NCBI GenBank assembly: GCA_045863235.1
Contig: BTUM01000049.1
Location: 1-59,409 of the forward strand
DNA length: 59,409 nt
Direction of reading: 5' to 3'
DNA from: Candidatus Xenobia bacterium
GTDB taxonomy: Bacteria; Vulcanimicrobiota; Xenobia; Xenobiales; QWHO01
This document shows positions 1 to 9,506 of the stretch, one piece after another. A program made the position numbers and the translations under genes. The first letter of the stretch is position 1. Each line of letters begins with the position of its first letter. The notes under the pieces were generated by a model that saw only the letters and a program-made list of their open reading frames with translations, had not been told where the DNA came from and did no database searches.

Positions 1-791
1 GGAGCGGCAGCCGGCGGGGGAAGAGGCGCAGCCTGAGCCGGGGGCGGCCAGCTCGGTGCGGCAGCCGGCGGGGGAAGAGGCGCAGCCTGAGCCGGGGGCG
101 GCCAGCCTGGGGCGGCAGCCGGCGGGGGAAGAGGCGCAGCCTGGGCCGGGGGCGGCCAGCTTTGCTCGAGAGGGGCAGGTTGGGACGGGGGAGGGGAGGG
201 GGATGGCCAGCCCTGCTGGTTCGGTCCCGCCGGGGGCCACCCTTGAGTTGACGGAGGGGGAGGAGCAGCCGGGGGCCAGCCTTCGCCCGGAGAGCTGCTC
301 AGGGGAGGGAGCGTGGGTGACGACGGAACCGGCGGAGGCGGGGCGGGCGACCAGCTCGGACCCGAAGACGCGCGGGCGGGCAGGGGCGGGGCGACCTCCG
401 CCGGCGCCACGGGCTCCGGCTCTCGCGGCTGAATCGTCAGCGAAGCGTTGGCTTTGCTGCCTTCCAGGGGGAGAGTGAGGCCCGAGTCGGCTTTCGGATC
501 GCGACCCAGGAAGGCGGGCGATTGAATTTTTCCCGATGGTGGGTTGCTGCGCGTGGGCAACGAGAGCGGGGGGATCACCATGGAGGCGTTCTGAGGCTGG
601 CGGGGAGCCTCGGCTTGACCGGTGGCCTGACGACCGGGACCAATCTTGGACTCGGGCATGGGATGCAGGTCTTGAATGACGAAGCCCTTGGCTTTGAGCT
701 GCTGCTCAGCCTCCTTCTTGTTGGCGACGTCCAGAGTGCCGGTTTTGATCCGACCCTGGTCGTCCTTTACCTTGTAGATGAACTTCGCCAC
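1..791 (-). CDS. Partial (runs off left edge): PilC/GspF-N-terminus-like domain followed by long proline-rich region
   Basis: Not in ORF track. GTG at 791 with GGGAG upstream; manual translation MAKFIYKVKDDQGRIKTGTLDVANKKEAEQQLKAKGFVIQDL, then Pro-rich with WPP repeats; no stop down to base 1. Confidence 0.8.
   Translation of the reverse strand, partial: MAKFIYKVKDDQGRIKTGTLDVANKKEAEQQLKAKGFVIQDLHPMPESKIGPGRQATGQAEAPRQPQNASMVIPPLSLPTRSNPPSGKIQSPAFLGRDPKADSGLTLPLEGSKANASLTIQPREPEPVAPAEVAPPLPARASSGPSWSPAPPPPVPSSPTLPPLSSSPGEGWPPAAPPPPSTQGWPPAGPNQQGWPSPSPPPSQPAPLEQSWPPPAQAAPLPPPAAAPGWPPPAQAAPLPPPAAAPSWPPPAQAAPLPPPAAA
4..160. repeat. 54-bp coding tandem repeat (~3 copies) encoding WPPPAQAAPLPPPAAAP(G/S)
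   Basis: GCGGCAGCCGGCGGGGGAAGAGGCGCAGCCTG recurs at 4, 58 and 112. Confidence 0.9.
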
Positions 792-890
792 GTCAAGCTC
801 CCACCCCGGAGGATATTTCCCGTGAGATGGCTCGGGCCCTCTTTCTTCGGCCCTTCGGAGGAGTGGCCGGGGAGGGAATCTTATTCAAGA

Positions 891-3659
891 TCAGCGGAGT
901 TGATCGAGCAGGGCCGCGGTTGCCGGTTCGGGGTCCACTCCCAGCTCTTGCTGCAGGCGCTGGCGGCACTGCTCGAAGATGCGGCGGGCCAGGTAATCGT
1001 GCCCTGAGCCGAGCTGGACCCGCATCAGCAGGCGGTAAGCCTCCTCCAGGCACGGGTCGAGCTCGAGAGCCCGACGAGCCAGCTCTTCCGCCACCGTGGC
1101 CTGGCCTGAGGCAAGCGCTGTCTCGCCCGATTCCATCAGGACCCGAAGGCTGCGCACCCGCACGGCCTCTCGTTCGGCCTGGAGCCACTCGGCATAGGGA
1201 TAGTCGGCCAGCAGCTCGCCTCGAATCAGCTCGGCCGCTCCTCGAGCGCTCTGCTGCTCGAACTCGGCCAGATCCAGGCTGACGGCTTCGAGATCCAGCT
1301 GGTAGGACTCTTCGCGCCTCGTCACGGCACGCGAAGCAGCCCCCTTGGGCTTGTCCGGCTCAAGCACCTGGGTGAGATTGTGCAACACCACCCGGAAATC
1401 CCGTTCGGCCGCATCGGGCGTGGAATCGGGAAAGAGCTGGTCGACCAGATGCTCCTTGCCTACGGGCCGGCCTTTGGCCAGGGCCAACATGGCCAGGAGT
1501 TCGCGGGCTTTGCGGCGCTTGAAGGCGCGGGTTGGGATCTCCTCACCGGACCGCCACACCCGCATCGGTCCGAGCACTTCCACGCGCAGCTCGTTGCGGG
1601 GGACTCCCTGTGTCGGCGGCGGGAACAGGCACCTTTTCTCGAGCACGAAGCCAAGACCTCGTTCGCGTAGACGGTCGCGTGCCTGGCTCGAGCCCGGCTC
1701 CAGCCAGAGCTGGGCCAGAGAGCTGCCGAAAGCATCATGGCATCGTTCCAGCTCGGCTCGGGCGGCCCGCACCAGCTCGACAGCCCCGGGATGGCCGCCC
1801 CTGGTGGCGGCCATGCCCGCCACCAGGCGCAACCAGGCTGCCAGCCAGGCGTCCCCGGCCTCGGAAGCGATGGCCAGCCCCTCGGCGGCGCAATCGTAGG
1901 CGCGGGGGGTATCCTGACGGCCGGTGTAGAGCAGCGCCAGGCCCATCAGGGCTTCCACCCGCAGACGGGCCACCCCCAGCTCGGCCGCCAGCTCCAGCGA
2001 GCGCTTGTAGGCTGCCTCGGCCTCGTCCGAGCCGGCCACCTGGCGGGCGTGGCCAAGGCGCATCCAGGCTACGGCTCGCGTTTGCCGGCTGTCGCCGCGA
2101 CGGGCCTGCTCCAGGACGGCCGTGGCCGCTCGTTCGGCCGTTTCGGCGTCGCCCATGACGGCGGCCACATAGGCCAGCACCAGCTGCTCCTCGGCATGGG
2201 CGGTGAGGGGGCGATCCTCCCCCGGGCCGGCCGGGCCCTCCAGAGCTCGCAGGGCGGCCGGAAGCTGGCCGCTGCGAAGCAGGATGCGGGCGTCCAGGCT
2301 ACCAGCCGGCGCGCGCCCCTCCAACCGGGCCACCCAACGGCGGAAGCGAGCCGCGGCTCGGTTCTGGCCCAGGTTGACCGCGTTCTCGGCCAGCATGGAC
2401 ACCACTTCGGTGCGCTCTTCCGCCGGAGCCAGCCGATAGGCCTGACGCAGCAGGCCGCGGGCGGCGGCGGGCTGGACTGTATCGAGGTAGACGCGGGCCT
2501 GGCCCAGCAGGGCCTCCAACTGGTGCTCGTCGTGCTTGCTGGCCCGCGCGAACTCGGCCAGGGCAGCCTGCCAGTCGTTTTGCTGGCGCAAGGCGTGGGC
2601 TCGATACAGGCTGGCGCCGGGACTGCCGTGGCCTTCCAGCAGCTTGAGCAGCTTTCCGTGGCGCCCCTTGCGCAACAGCTCGGGAGCTACCTGCAGCACG
2701 AGCTCCTGGGCCTGGGCGGGCTCCAGCCATTCCAGCGCCTCCAGAATGAGGCCCCGTCTGAGGTAGCTCTGAGCCAGTCTCTGCCGGCCGGCCTGGTAGC
2801 GTTCGGGCTGGCTCTGCAAGCGAGCCAGCAGGGGCTCTCGAAAGAGCGGCTGCAGTCGGAAAGAGCCTTCGGCCAGCGGCTGCACGGCCGGGCCCTGGGC
2901 CGCCAGGCGGGCCAGTCGCTCGCTCTCGCCCGTCAGCTCGGCGGCCTCGGCCGCGGTGAAGAACTCCAGCAGGCTCAACTGCTCGAGAAACCGGAGATCG
3001 TCCGGGTCGAGCTCGTCCAGTACCAGGTCGGGAAGCTCGGAGTCGGCCTCCATGCCGAGCTCAACGGCCAGGGGCCACCCGCCGGTGCGCTCCCACAGGT
3101 CCGGGTCGCTCAGCTCGGCCTGGGAGTAAGCCAGCTCGCGGCTGCCCAGGACCGTCAGGCGGCGTTTCAGCTTCAGGCTCTTCCAGGCGGGGAGATTGGT
3201 GCGGGTGAGCAGCACCGCCTGCGAGCCGGGGGGGAGGTAGTCGAGCAGATACTGCAACAGCTCGGTATCGCGTGGGCGGTGGGCGTCGTCGAATACCAAC
3301 CGGCGTGGGGAATCGGCCAGACGGTTGAGCAGGGCGTCCAGAGCCCAGCGGGGCTGGCCCTTCTCGAGCCACTCGTGGGCCTCATCCAGCTCCAGCCCGG
3401 AGGCTTGACCGGCCGCCAGCAGGAGGCCGGCCAGCTGGTAGGGCTCCTCGTCGCCCTCCACCAGCGAAGCCCACAGCACAGGGGGGGGCCGTCGCGTCGC
3501 CCAGGAGGCCACCAGGGCCGTCTTGCCGTAGCCCGGACCGGCCACCAGCGCCACCACGGGCGACTCGATGGCGTCCAGGCGCTCGAGCAGGCGGGGCCGA
3601 TCGCGCTCGGGAGACCCGGGCGGCGGGCTGATCCGAGAGCGGGCGACGGGAACACTCAT
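891..3659 (-). CDS. Large transcriptional activator: MalT-like P-loop, TPR region, C-terminal wHTH + BTAD (SARP-like)
   Basis: AGPGYGKT Walker A; TGGWPLA; LRVEVLGPMRV...RKARELLAML; ALELDPCLEEAYRLLM...LQQELGVDPEPAT. Confidence 0.9.
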   Translation of the reverse strand: MSVPVARSRISPPPGSPERDRPRLLERLDAIESPVVALVAGPGYGKTALVASWATRRPPPVLWASLVEGDEEPYQLAGLLLAAGQASGLELDEAHEWLEKGQPRWALDALLNRLADSPRRLVFDDAHRPRDTELLQYLLDYLPPGSQAVLLTRTNLPAWKSLKLKRRLTVLGSRELAYSQAELSDPDLWERTGGWPLAVELGMEADSELPDLVLDELDPDDLRFLEQLSLLEFFTAAEAAELTGESERLARLAAQGPAVQPLAEGSFRLQPLFREPLLARLQSQPERYQAGRQRLAQSYLRRGLILEALEWLEPAQAQELVLQVAPELLRKGRHGKLLKLLEGHGSPGASLYRAHALRQQNDWQAALAEFARASKHDEHQLEALLGQARVYLDTVQPAAARGLLRQAYRLAPAEERTEVVSMLAENAVNLGQNRAAARFRRWVARLEGRAPAGSLDARILLRSGQLPAALRALEGPAGPGEDRPLTAHAEEQLVLAYVAAVMGDAETAERAATAVLEQARRGDSRQTRAVAWMRLGHARQVAGSDEAEAAYKRSLELAAELGVARLRVEALMGLALLYTGRQDTPRAYDCAAEGLAIASEAGDAWLAAWLRLVAGMAATRGGHPGAVELVRAARAELERCHDAFGSSLAQLWLEPGSSQARDRLRERGLGFVLEKRCLFPPPTQGVPRNELRVEVLGPMRVWRSGEEIPTRAFKRRKARELLAMLALAKGRPVGKEHLVDQLFPDSTPDAAERDFRVVLHNLTQVLEPDKPKGAASRAVTRREESYQLDLEAVSLDLAEFEQQSARGAAELIRGELLADYPYAEWLQAEREAVRVRSLRVLMESGETALASGQATVAEELARRALELDPCLEEAYRLLMRVQLGSGHDYLARRIFEQCRQRLQQELGVDPEPATAALLDQLR

Positions 3660-3686
3660 GGCGTCCTGCTTTGCCCGCCGCCCGGC

Positions 3687-4880
3687 TTACCCTTCTGGGG
3701 CCAGGCGCAGCGCCACGGGACGTCGTCCCGTCTCGGGCAGCAGCCAGCCGGCCAGGGCCAGCGAGGCCGAGCCGAAGGCAACCACCCTCAGGCCCGGCAG
3801 GAAGCTGCCGGTCACCTGCTCGAGCCACCCGACCATCGTGGGGGCCAGGAACGAAACCGCGTAGGCCGTGCTGAAGACCACTCCCGACAAAAGCGCCACC
3901 GACTCGGGGCGCATCCCCTTGAGCTCCATCGGGATGGTGAAGAGCGGGGCCACGTAGAGGAAGAAGGAAGCGCCCAGAAAGGCGGCCGAGAGCAGCCGCA
4001 GCCAGGACTCCTCGGCCTGGATCATCCCCAGAGCCGCCACCGGCATCATCAATCCGGCGGTTACGATGAGCGGACGGCGCAGGCCCAGGCGCGCCGTCAG
4101 CCACCCGCCCAGCAGGGCCACCGGGATGCCGACCAGGTTGAACATGCCCGTGGTCTGGGACGCGGCCGCCTTGTCCAGGCCAAAAGCGGCCTGGTAGTAG
4201 GTGGGCAGCCAGGTGTTGAGGGAGAGGTAGAGCGACAGGGGACCGGTGAAGGCCAGGGCCACCAGCCACGTCTCGCGACGCTTGAGCACGCTCATCCACT
4301 CGCCTTTGGGGGCGGCCTGGGTGGAAACGGTCAGCTTGCCGGCGTAGAGCCACCACCAGGCCAGGGCCAGCACCAGGGAGATACTTCCCATCCCCGTCAG
4401 GGCGGCCTTCCAGCCGATCAACCGGGTCAGCGGCACGGTTGCGAAGAGGGCTACGGTGATGCCGCAGTTGACGGCCACGTTGTTGAGCCCGTTGACCATG
4501 GGCAGCTCGCTCCGCTCGAAGAGCCGCATGGTGACGGCCCCCATCAGGGTCACCACCACCGCGCCGCCCACGCCGAAGAAGAAGCGCAGCACCAGCAGGG
4601 TGTTGAAGTCTGAGGCCAGGGGCACCAGCACCGAGAGCGAGGCCAGCAGGGCCCCGATGCCCAGGGCGCGACCCAATCCGAGTCGGGTGGCCAGAATGCC
4701 CGCTAGAAGCGGCACGAAGGCTTTACTGACCGAGACCAGCGAGATGATCATGGCTCCTTTGGCGTGGGTCACGCCGAAGAGCTTCTCGAGCTCGGGCAAG
4801 AGCGGAGCGTAGGCCAGCCAGCTGATGCCAAAGGCCAGGTAGATGGAGAAGAGGAGAAATTCCAGGCGCCACTTAGACAT
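3687..4880 (-). CDS. MFS transporter (CynX/NimT-like)
   Basis: 397 aa, about 12 hydrophobic segments, G-x3-(T/A)-RLG-x-R loops, TWLPTYY. Confidence 0.9.
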   Translation of the reverse strand: MSKWRLEFLLFSIYLAFGISWLAYAPLLPELEKLFGVTHAKGAMIISLVSVSKAFVPLLAGILATRLGLGRALGIGALLASLSVLVPLASDFNTLLVLRFFFGVGGAVVVTLMGAVTMRLFERSELPMVNGLNNVAVNCGITVALFATVPLTRLIGWKAALTGMGSISLVLALAWWWLYAGKLTVSTQAAPKGEWMSVLKRRETWLVALAFTGPLSLYLSLNTWLPTYYQAAFGLDKAAASQTTGMFNLVGIPVALLGGWLTARLGLRRPLIVTAGLMMPVAALGMIQAEESWLRLLSAAFLGASFFLYVAPLFTIPMELKGMRPESVALLSGVVFSTAYAVSFLAPTMVGWLEQVTGSFLPGLRVVAFGSASLALAGWLLPETGRRPVALRLAPEG

Positions 4881-6306
4881 TGGCCAGCTCCCGCTTGAGG
4901 ATTTTGCCGGCCGAGCTCTTGGGCAAGGCCTCCAGGAAGACCACCTGCTTGGGGGTCTTGTAGCGGGCCAGACGGCCCCGGCAGAAGTCGATCAGGTCGT
5001 CGGGGGTCAAAGATGCGCCCTCGCGGCACACCAGATAGGCGCGTCCTACTTCGCCCCAGCGAGGGTCGGCCACGCCCACCACGGCTGCCTCGCGCACCTC
5101 GGGGTGGGCCAACAGCACTTCCTCGATCTCGGCCGGGAAGACGTTCTCGCCGCCGGAGATGTACATCTCCTTGCTGCGACCGCAGATGGTCACGAAGCCC
5201 TCGGCGTTGCGGCGAGCCAGGTCTCCTGTGCGCAGCCAGCCGCTGCCCAGCACGGCCTGGCTCTCCTTGGGGCGTTGCCAGTAGCCAGGCATCACGTGGC
5301 CGCCCCGGATGTGGAGCTCGCCCACCTGATCCGGCCCCACCTCGGCACCGTTCTCGTCCAGCAAAGCGATCTGGACGTGCGGGAGGGGACGGCCAACGGT
5401 GCCGAGGTGGGTCTGGGCTTCCTCCAGGGTGATGCCGAAGTTGTTGGGCCCTGCCTCGGTGAGGCCGTAGCCCTGGCGCAGAGGCAGCCCCAGCTTCCAG
5501 TAGCGCTCGAAGAGCGGTTGCGGGCAGGGTGCGCCGCCCGAGATCATCTGGCGCACGCTGCTCAGACGCTCGGCCGAGAAGCCCGGGGTATCAGCCAGCA
5601 TGGTGAACATCGTGGGCACCAGGAAGAGCAGCGTGCAACCCTCCTGCTCGATCAACTCCAGGGCCTTCTCGGGCTCGAAGGGGCCGGGCAGCACGATGGT
5701 GCCGCCGATGGAGAGGAGCGGGGTGGCCATCACGTTCAGGCCGCCGGTGTGGAACATCGGGGTGAAGATGGGGGCCACGTCGTCCGAGCGAAGTCCCCAG
5801 CCTTCCACAGTGTTGCGGGCGTTCCAGTGGATGGTGTCCTGGGTCAGCAGAGCTCCCTTGGGAACCCCGGTGGTGCCGCCGGTGTAGAGGATGGCCACCG
5901 GCTCGTTCCCGGCTGCGGGGCGGGGAGGCTCGCAGGGGCCGGAAACCTCGGCCAGGCGCAGCAGGCCGGGGTGCTCGGGGGCCTGGCCCAGGAAGGCGTC
6001 CTCGGCAAAGAGCAGACGCGGCTGCGCGTCGCTCAGGATGACCTCCCATTCGGGACGGGTCAGGCGGGTGTTCAGGGGCACGAAGATGGCCCCCACCCAG
6101 GCGCAGGCCAGGAAGAGCTCCCACAGCTCTACCCGGTTGGCCGACAGAGCCGCCACCCGGTCGCCCCGCTCGATCCCCTGCTCGGTCAGCTCGCCGGCCC
6201 GAACTGCCACGCGCTGGCGCAGTTGGCCGTAGGTAAGCCGCAGATCGCCCTCGATTACGGCCAGTTTCTCTGAATCCGCCTGTTGGAGCCACTGCACCAG
6301 ATGCAT
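4873..6306 (-). CDS. Acyl-CoA synthetase / long-chain fatty-acid-CoA ligase
   Basis: YTGGTTGVPKG, QGYGLTE, TGDL, SGGENVFPAEIE, GKILK; start moved to ATG 6306 (GGAGG RBS). Confidence 0.92.
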   Translation of the reverse strand: MHLVQWLQQADSEKLAVIEGDLRLTYGQLRQRVAVRAGELTEQGIERGDRVAALSANRVELWELFLACAWVGAIFVPLNTRLTRPEWEVILSDAQPRLLFAEDAFLGQAPEHPGLLRLAEVSGPCEPPRPAAGNEPVAILYTGGTTGVPKGALLTQDTIHWNARNTVEGWGLRSDDVAPIFTPMFHTGGLNVMATPLLSIGGTIVLPGPFEPEKALELIEQEGCTLLFLVPTMFTMLADTPGFSAERLSSVRQMISGGAPCPQPLFERYWKLGLPLRQGYGLTEAGPNNFGITLEEAQTHLGTVGRPLPHVQIALLDENGAEVGPDQVGELHIRGGHVMPGYWQRPKESQAVLGSGWLRTGDLARRNAEGFVTICGRSKEMYISGGENVFPAEIEEVLLAHPEVREAAVVGVADPRWGEVGRAYLVCREGASLTPDDLIDFCRGRLARYKTPKQVVFLEALPKSSAGKILKRELANV

Positions 6307-6337
6307 CGGCGACCTCCACAAATTTTCTCGCAGCCGG

Positions 6338-6370
6338 AAGGTAAACGCAGGCTGTTGCATGCCTGTTGCA
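6338..6370 (-). promoter_or_regulatory. Putative SARP/BTAD-type promoter of the ligase-MFS-regulator operon
   Basis: TGCAACAG-gca-TGCAACAG (11-bp period), 8 bp spacer, then TACCTT. Confidence 0.6.
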
Positions 6371-6384
6371 GAACGGGGTGCTGC

Positions 6385-7032
6385 GTGAGTATCGAGTTCG
6401 AGTCGGTGGCCTGCTACCTGTGTGGGGAGGAGACCGACGTGCGCCGGCTGGGGCGCCTTCAAGCTCAGGGTCCGAGCGATCTCGACGGCCGACCCGGCCC
6501 GCCCCTTCGCACGGCCATCTGTGACGAGGTGCAACGCTGCTCGACCTGCGGCTTCTGCTCGCCCGACCTGGGCAGCTCGCCCGGGCTTCCTCGCGAGCAG
6601 GCCCGGCAGCTGCTGGAGACGCCTGGGTATCAGGGTCAGCTGGTGAACCCGCGCCTGAACTCGGCCGCCAACAACAACCTTTGCTGGGCCTTGATCTGCC
6701 GCGAAGCTCGACGTTACGAGGCGGCCGGGCAGGCGGTGCTGCGCGCGGCCTGGCTGTGCGACGACGGAGGAGCGGTCCAGGCCGCTCGCTGGTGTCGCGA
6801 GCGAGCCCTCGAGCTTTACCTGCAGGCCCCTTCCTTACCGACCGTGCAGGCCATGCAAGTGGAGCTCTTGCGCCGTCTGGGCCGCTTCGAGGGCGCCCGG
6901 ACCACCAATGAGAGCCTGCTCAAGCAGCGCCTGCCCGCCGAGCTCTCCCGAGCAGCTCGCCTGCAGAAGGTGCTGATTCAAAATCAGGACTCGGGCAGCG
7001 CTTCGGTGGCCACGGGCAGCAATGCCAGGTAA
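6385..7032 (+). CDS. DUF2225-like zinc-ribbon/TPR protein
   Basis: CYLC...DLDGRP...CSTCGF, LRAAWLCDD, ELLRRLGRFE; probable GTG start 6385. Confidence 0.7.
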   Translation: MSIEFESVACYLCGEETDVRRLGRLQAQGPSDLDGRPGPPLRTAICDEVQRCSTCGFCSPDLGSSPGLPREQARQLLETPGYQGQLVNPRLNSAANNNLCWALICREARRYEAAGQAVLRAAWLCDDGGAVQAARWCRERALELYLQAPSLPTVQAMQVELLRRLGRFEGARTTNESLLKQRLPAELSRAARLQKVLIQNQDSGSASVATGSNAR

Positions 7033-7054
7033 GGAGCGGGTCCCGCCGCGCTCC

Positions 7055-7314
7055 CCCGGTACCGGTTTTTTACCCGGTACCGCCCTGATTCCAGCGTATA
7101 CCCCGGAGCCAGCCCGGTACCGGTCCATTACCCGGTACCGCCCCGATTCCAGCGTATACCCCCGGAGCCAGCCCGGTACCGGTCCATTACCCGGTACCGC
7201 CCCGATTCCAGCGTATACCCCCGGAGCCCGCCCGGTACCGGTCCATTACCCGGTACCGCCCCGATTCCAGCGTATACCCCGGAGCCAGCCCGGTACCGGT
7301 TCTTGACCCGGTAC
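7055..7314. repeat. Intergenic tandem array of 58-59 bp units (~4.5 copies) containing CCGGTACCGG palindromes
   Basis: Units start at 7055, 7113, 7172, 7231, 7289; lies between convergent genes. Confidence 0.95.
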
Positions 7315-7332
7315 ATCGAGTGACTTGAGCTT

Positions 7333-7917
7333 CTAGAACTTGAGCTCGATCCGCTCGACCTGCGGGTTGAGCGCCCGGATGAGGGGATCGCTCGACTCCA
7401 GTCGGCCCGGCTTCTCCAGCGCCTCTTTCTGCTCGCCGGTCAGCGGTCCGTAGCCGGGCACGTTCATGGTCAAAGCCAGCGTGACACCGGGCAGGGCTTT
7501 CTGCAGGGCTCCGCCCTCCCAGTCGAGCACCTCGCCCCAGCGCTTGCCCGAGAACGTGTTCATCACGAAAGGCTCGCCGTTGAGCTTCTCCAGCTCACTG
7601 GCCGAGGTCCCCAGAGTGATGCCTTCGCGGGTCTTGTAGACCGTGGGCGGACGCCCCCCCACCAGCAGGCGCAGAATGCTCCCCTGCGGCCCCCAGAAGA
7701 CGGTGATCCGGCGGTCCGGGTCCATGGCCCAGAGGGTGGTGGAGGGCCAGTGGTCGGTGTTCCCGTCGAACAGGGCCTCGGCCGGCGCCACCCGGTCCAG
7801 GTCGGGACGCATCATCGAGCGCTTCACGGGCCCGATTCCCTGGCCTGGCTCGATCAACTCGCTCTGGGCCAGCACGATCGCCGACAGCAACATGAGCAAA
7901 ATCAGCCTTTTCAGCAT
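7333..7917 (-). CDS. Secreted hypothetical protein
   Basis: ATG 7917 after GGAGGAGG; signal peptide MLKRLILLMLLSAIVLA. Confidence 0.8.
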   Translation of the reverse strand: MLKRLILLMLLSAIVLAQSELIEPGQGIGPVKRSMMRPDLDRVAPAEALFDGNTDHWPSTTLWAMDPDRRITVFWGPQGSILRLLVGGRPPTVYKTREGITLGTSASELEKLNGEPFVMNTFSGKRWGEVLDWEGGALQKALPGVTLALTMNVPGYGPLTGEQKEALEKPGRLESSDPLIRALNPQVERIELKF

Positions 7918-8657
7918 AAGCCTCCTCCCGGCTCGCGGGCCTGACCCAGCGAGTCCCACAGGGGGGACCAGTGGTCGGAGGCGCGCTCGGTCCAGCGCGA
8001 GCGATCGACGTACTCGAGCCACGAGCTCTGCATGACGCCCGGGACCACCACGAAGCGCTCCGGATTGTCTCGACACCAGGCCTGCAGAGCCCTGCGCTCG
8101 CCGGGCGAGACCGGATTGTGGGTGCTGCCCACAGCAGCGTCGTAGAGCTCGATTCTGTCGGGCAGTCGATCTTGCCGGGCGATGGCTTTGGCGATCACCG
8201 AGCCTCCGGCCGAATGGCCGCTCACCACCGTGCGGCCGGCGCGGGCGGGGTCCAGCCCGCTTGCCTGCACGGCACCGTCGGCCAGATCGCCCAGGTTGCG
8301 GATGTTGTTCCAGTCGCTGCGGGGGGCCGCGCTTTCATTGCGGGCCTCGGGCAGCACGAAGACCTGATCGGGGTTGCTCTGCCAGGCGCGCTCCACCGTC
8401 GAGCCGATGCGCTGCTCGTAACCCACCTGCTGGTCGTAGAGCTGATCTCCGTGAAAGTGGGTGTGCACCTGGAACCCCTCGGTGGCCCCGCGCTGATTCC
8501 GAAGCACCACCACCGGCCGGCCCGACGAGGCGGGGCTTGCGTGCACGGCAATCTGAACCCCCTCGATCCTGCCAAAGCGGCGCTCGGCCCGGCGGCGGGC
8601 CTCCTGTACCGGGTCCGAGCGCATGAGCGAGCAGGCGCTGGTGGGCACAATGCGCAT
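7911..8657 (-). CDS. Alpha/beta-hydrolase-like protein
   Basis: Nucleophile elbow VVSGHSAGG, HFHG, LYDA, C-terminal DHW. Confidence 0.7.
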   Translation of the reverse strand: MRIVPTSACSLMRSDPVQEARRRAERRFGRIEGVQIAVHASPASSGRPVVVLRNQRGATEGFQVHTHFHGDQLYDQQVGYEQRIGSTVERAWQSNPDQVFVLPEARNESAAPRSDWNNIRNLGDLADGAVQASGLDPARAGRTVVSGHSAGGSVIAKAIARQDRLPDRIELYDAAVGSTHNPVSPGERRALQAWCRDNPERFVVVPGVMQSSWLEYVDRSRWTERASDHWSPLWDSLGQAREPGGGLC

Positions 8658-8663
8658 GTTGGC

Positions 8664-8695
8664 ATGCTAGGGGTTGGGGCTGACAGGGGCATGAA
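8664..8695 (-). promoter_or_regulatory. Direct-repeat promoter, leaderless geometry
   Basis: TTCAT-N6-GTCAG-N10-TAGCAT-N6-ATG. Confidence 0.65.
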
Positions 8696-8708
8696 AGCCC
8701 CGGGCTTA

Positions 8709-8942
8709 TCAGGGAACCGTCTCTACCACCGCTGGCGGCGGCGTGGGCGGGTGCATGTGACGCAGGATCAGCCCCACGTTGCACCCGGCCAGATAGACCA
8801 GCAGCCCGATGGCGATGGAGACCACCAGGCCTGGCTTCCTGGGCGTGGCCTGGGCCCAGTAGGGCTTGGAGCAGTGCTCGCAGGCGGTGCTCGAGGAAGG
8901 GTTCTGGCCGCCGCAGTTGGGACAGGTGATCGATTCGCTCAT
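8709..8942 (-). CDS. Small zinc-ribbon membrane protein
   Basis: MSESITCPNCG...CEHC, then one TM helix; GGGAGG RBS. Confidence 0.75.
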   Translation of the reverse strand: MSESITCPNCGGQNPSSSTACEHCSKPYWAQATPRKPGLVVSIAIGLLVYLAGCNVGLILRHMHPPTPPPAVVETVP

Positions 8943-8960
8943 CAGGGCCTCCCGGTCAGG

Positions 8961-9506
8961 ATGCATGCTCTGTCGCCAGAGGCGGGCGCCTTCTTCCCGA
9001 CGAAATCCGGCCAGGTGAGACTGTTCCCCCTCCAGCCCGAGCACGCCGGGGCGGTGGCCCGCCTGGCTGACCATCTCTATCCTTCGGGCTTTCCGCTGGA
9101 CGCCCTGGCCATCGCCGAGAACCTGGCCCGGCTGACCCCCGAGGAAAGCTACTGCTACGGCGTGGAGGTGGACGGGGAACTGGTGGCCTTTATGATGGCC
9201 TGGCTGGACACCAGCCAGGTGGAGGGGTGGGAGGAGCAACAGGTGGTGCTGGTGGACGACCTGTGCGCCCTCCCCAGGCACCGTCGCCACACCTACACCT
9301 TGCTGCGCAAGCTCGATCTCGAGCTGTGCGCGCGAGGCGTGCAAGGCATTCCGCTGGAGGGGACCCATCGGCTCGAGGCCGACCGGCTCTTCACCGAGCA
9401 TGCCGCTGTGGTGCGCCGACTGGGCTATGAGCGGGTGGCTCAGCACACCTTCGACTCCGAACACGGCGAGCGGTTGGTCTGGACGCGTTACGAAGGGGTC
9501 AGGTGA
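8961..9506 (+). CDS. GNAT-like hypothetical protein (start uncertain)
   Basis: 3' part of ORF 7971-9506; GVEVDGELVAFMMA, VLVDDLCALP, RRLGYE. Confidence 0.6.
   Translation: MHALSPEAGAFFPTKSGQVRLFPLQPEHAGAVARLADHLYPSGFPLDALAIAENLARLTPEESYCYGVEVDGELVAFMMAWLDTSQVEGWEEQQVVLVDDLCALPRHRRHTYTLLRKLDLELCARGVQGIPLEGTHRLEADRLFTEHAAVVRRLGYERVAQHTFDSEHGERLVWTRYEGVR

Noticed and set aside
56..478. Plus-strand 140-aa repeat ORF
   Set aside because: Antisense to the Pro-rich gene 791 to <1
1737..4613. 958-aa plus-strand ORF
   Set aside because: Antisense shadow of the BTAD regulator and MFS genes, typical of high-GC DNA
7055..7314. Possible CRISPR array
   Set aside because: The sequences between palindromes are essentially identical (no unique spacers) and no cas genes are present
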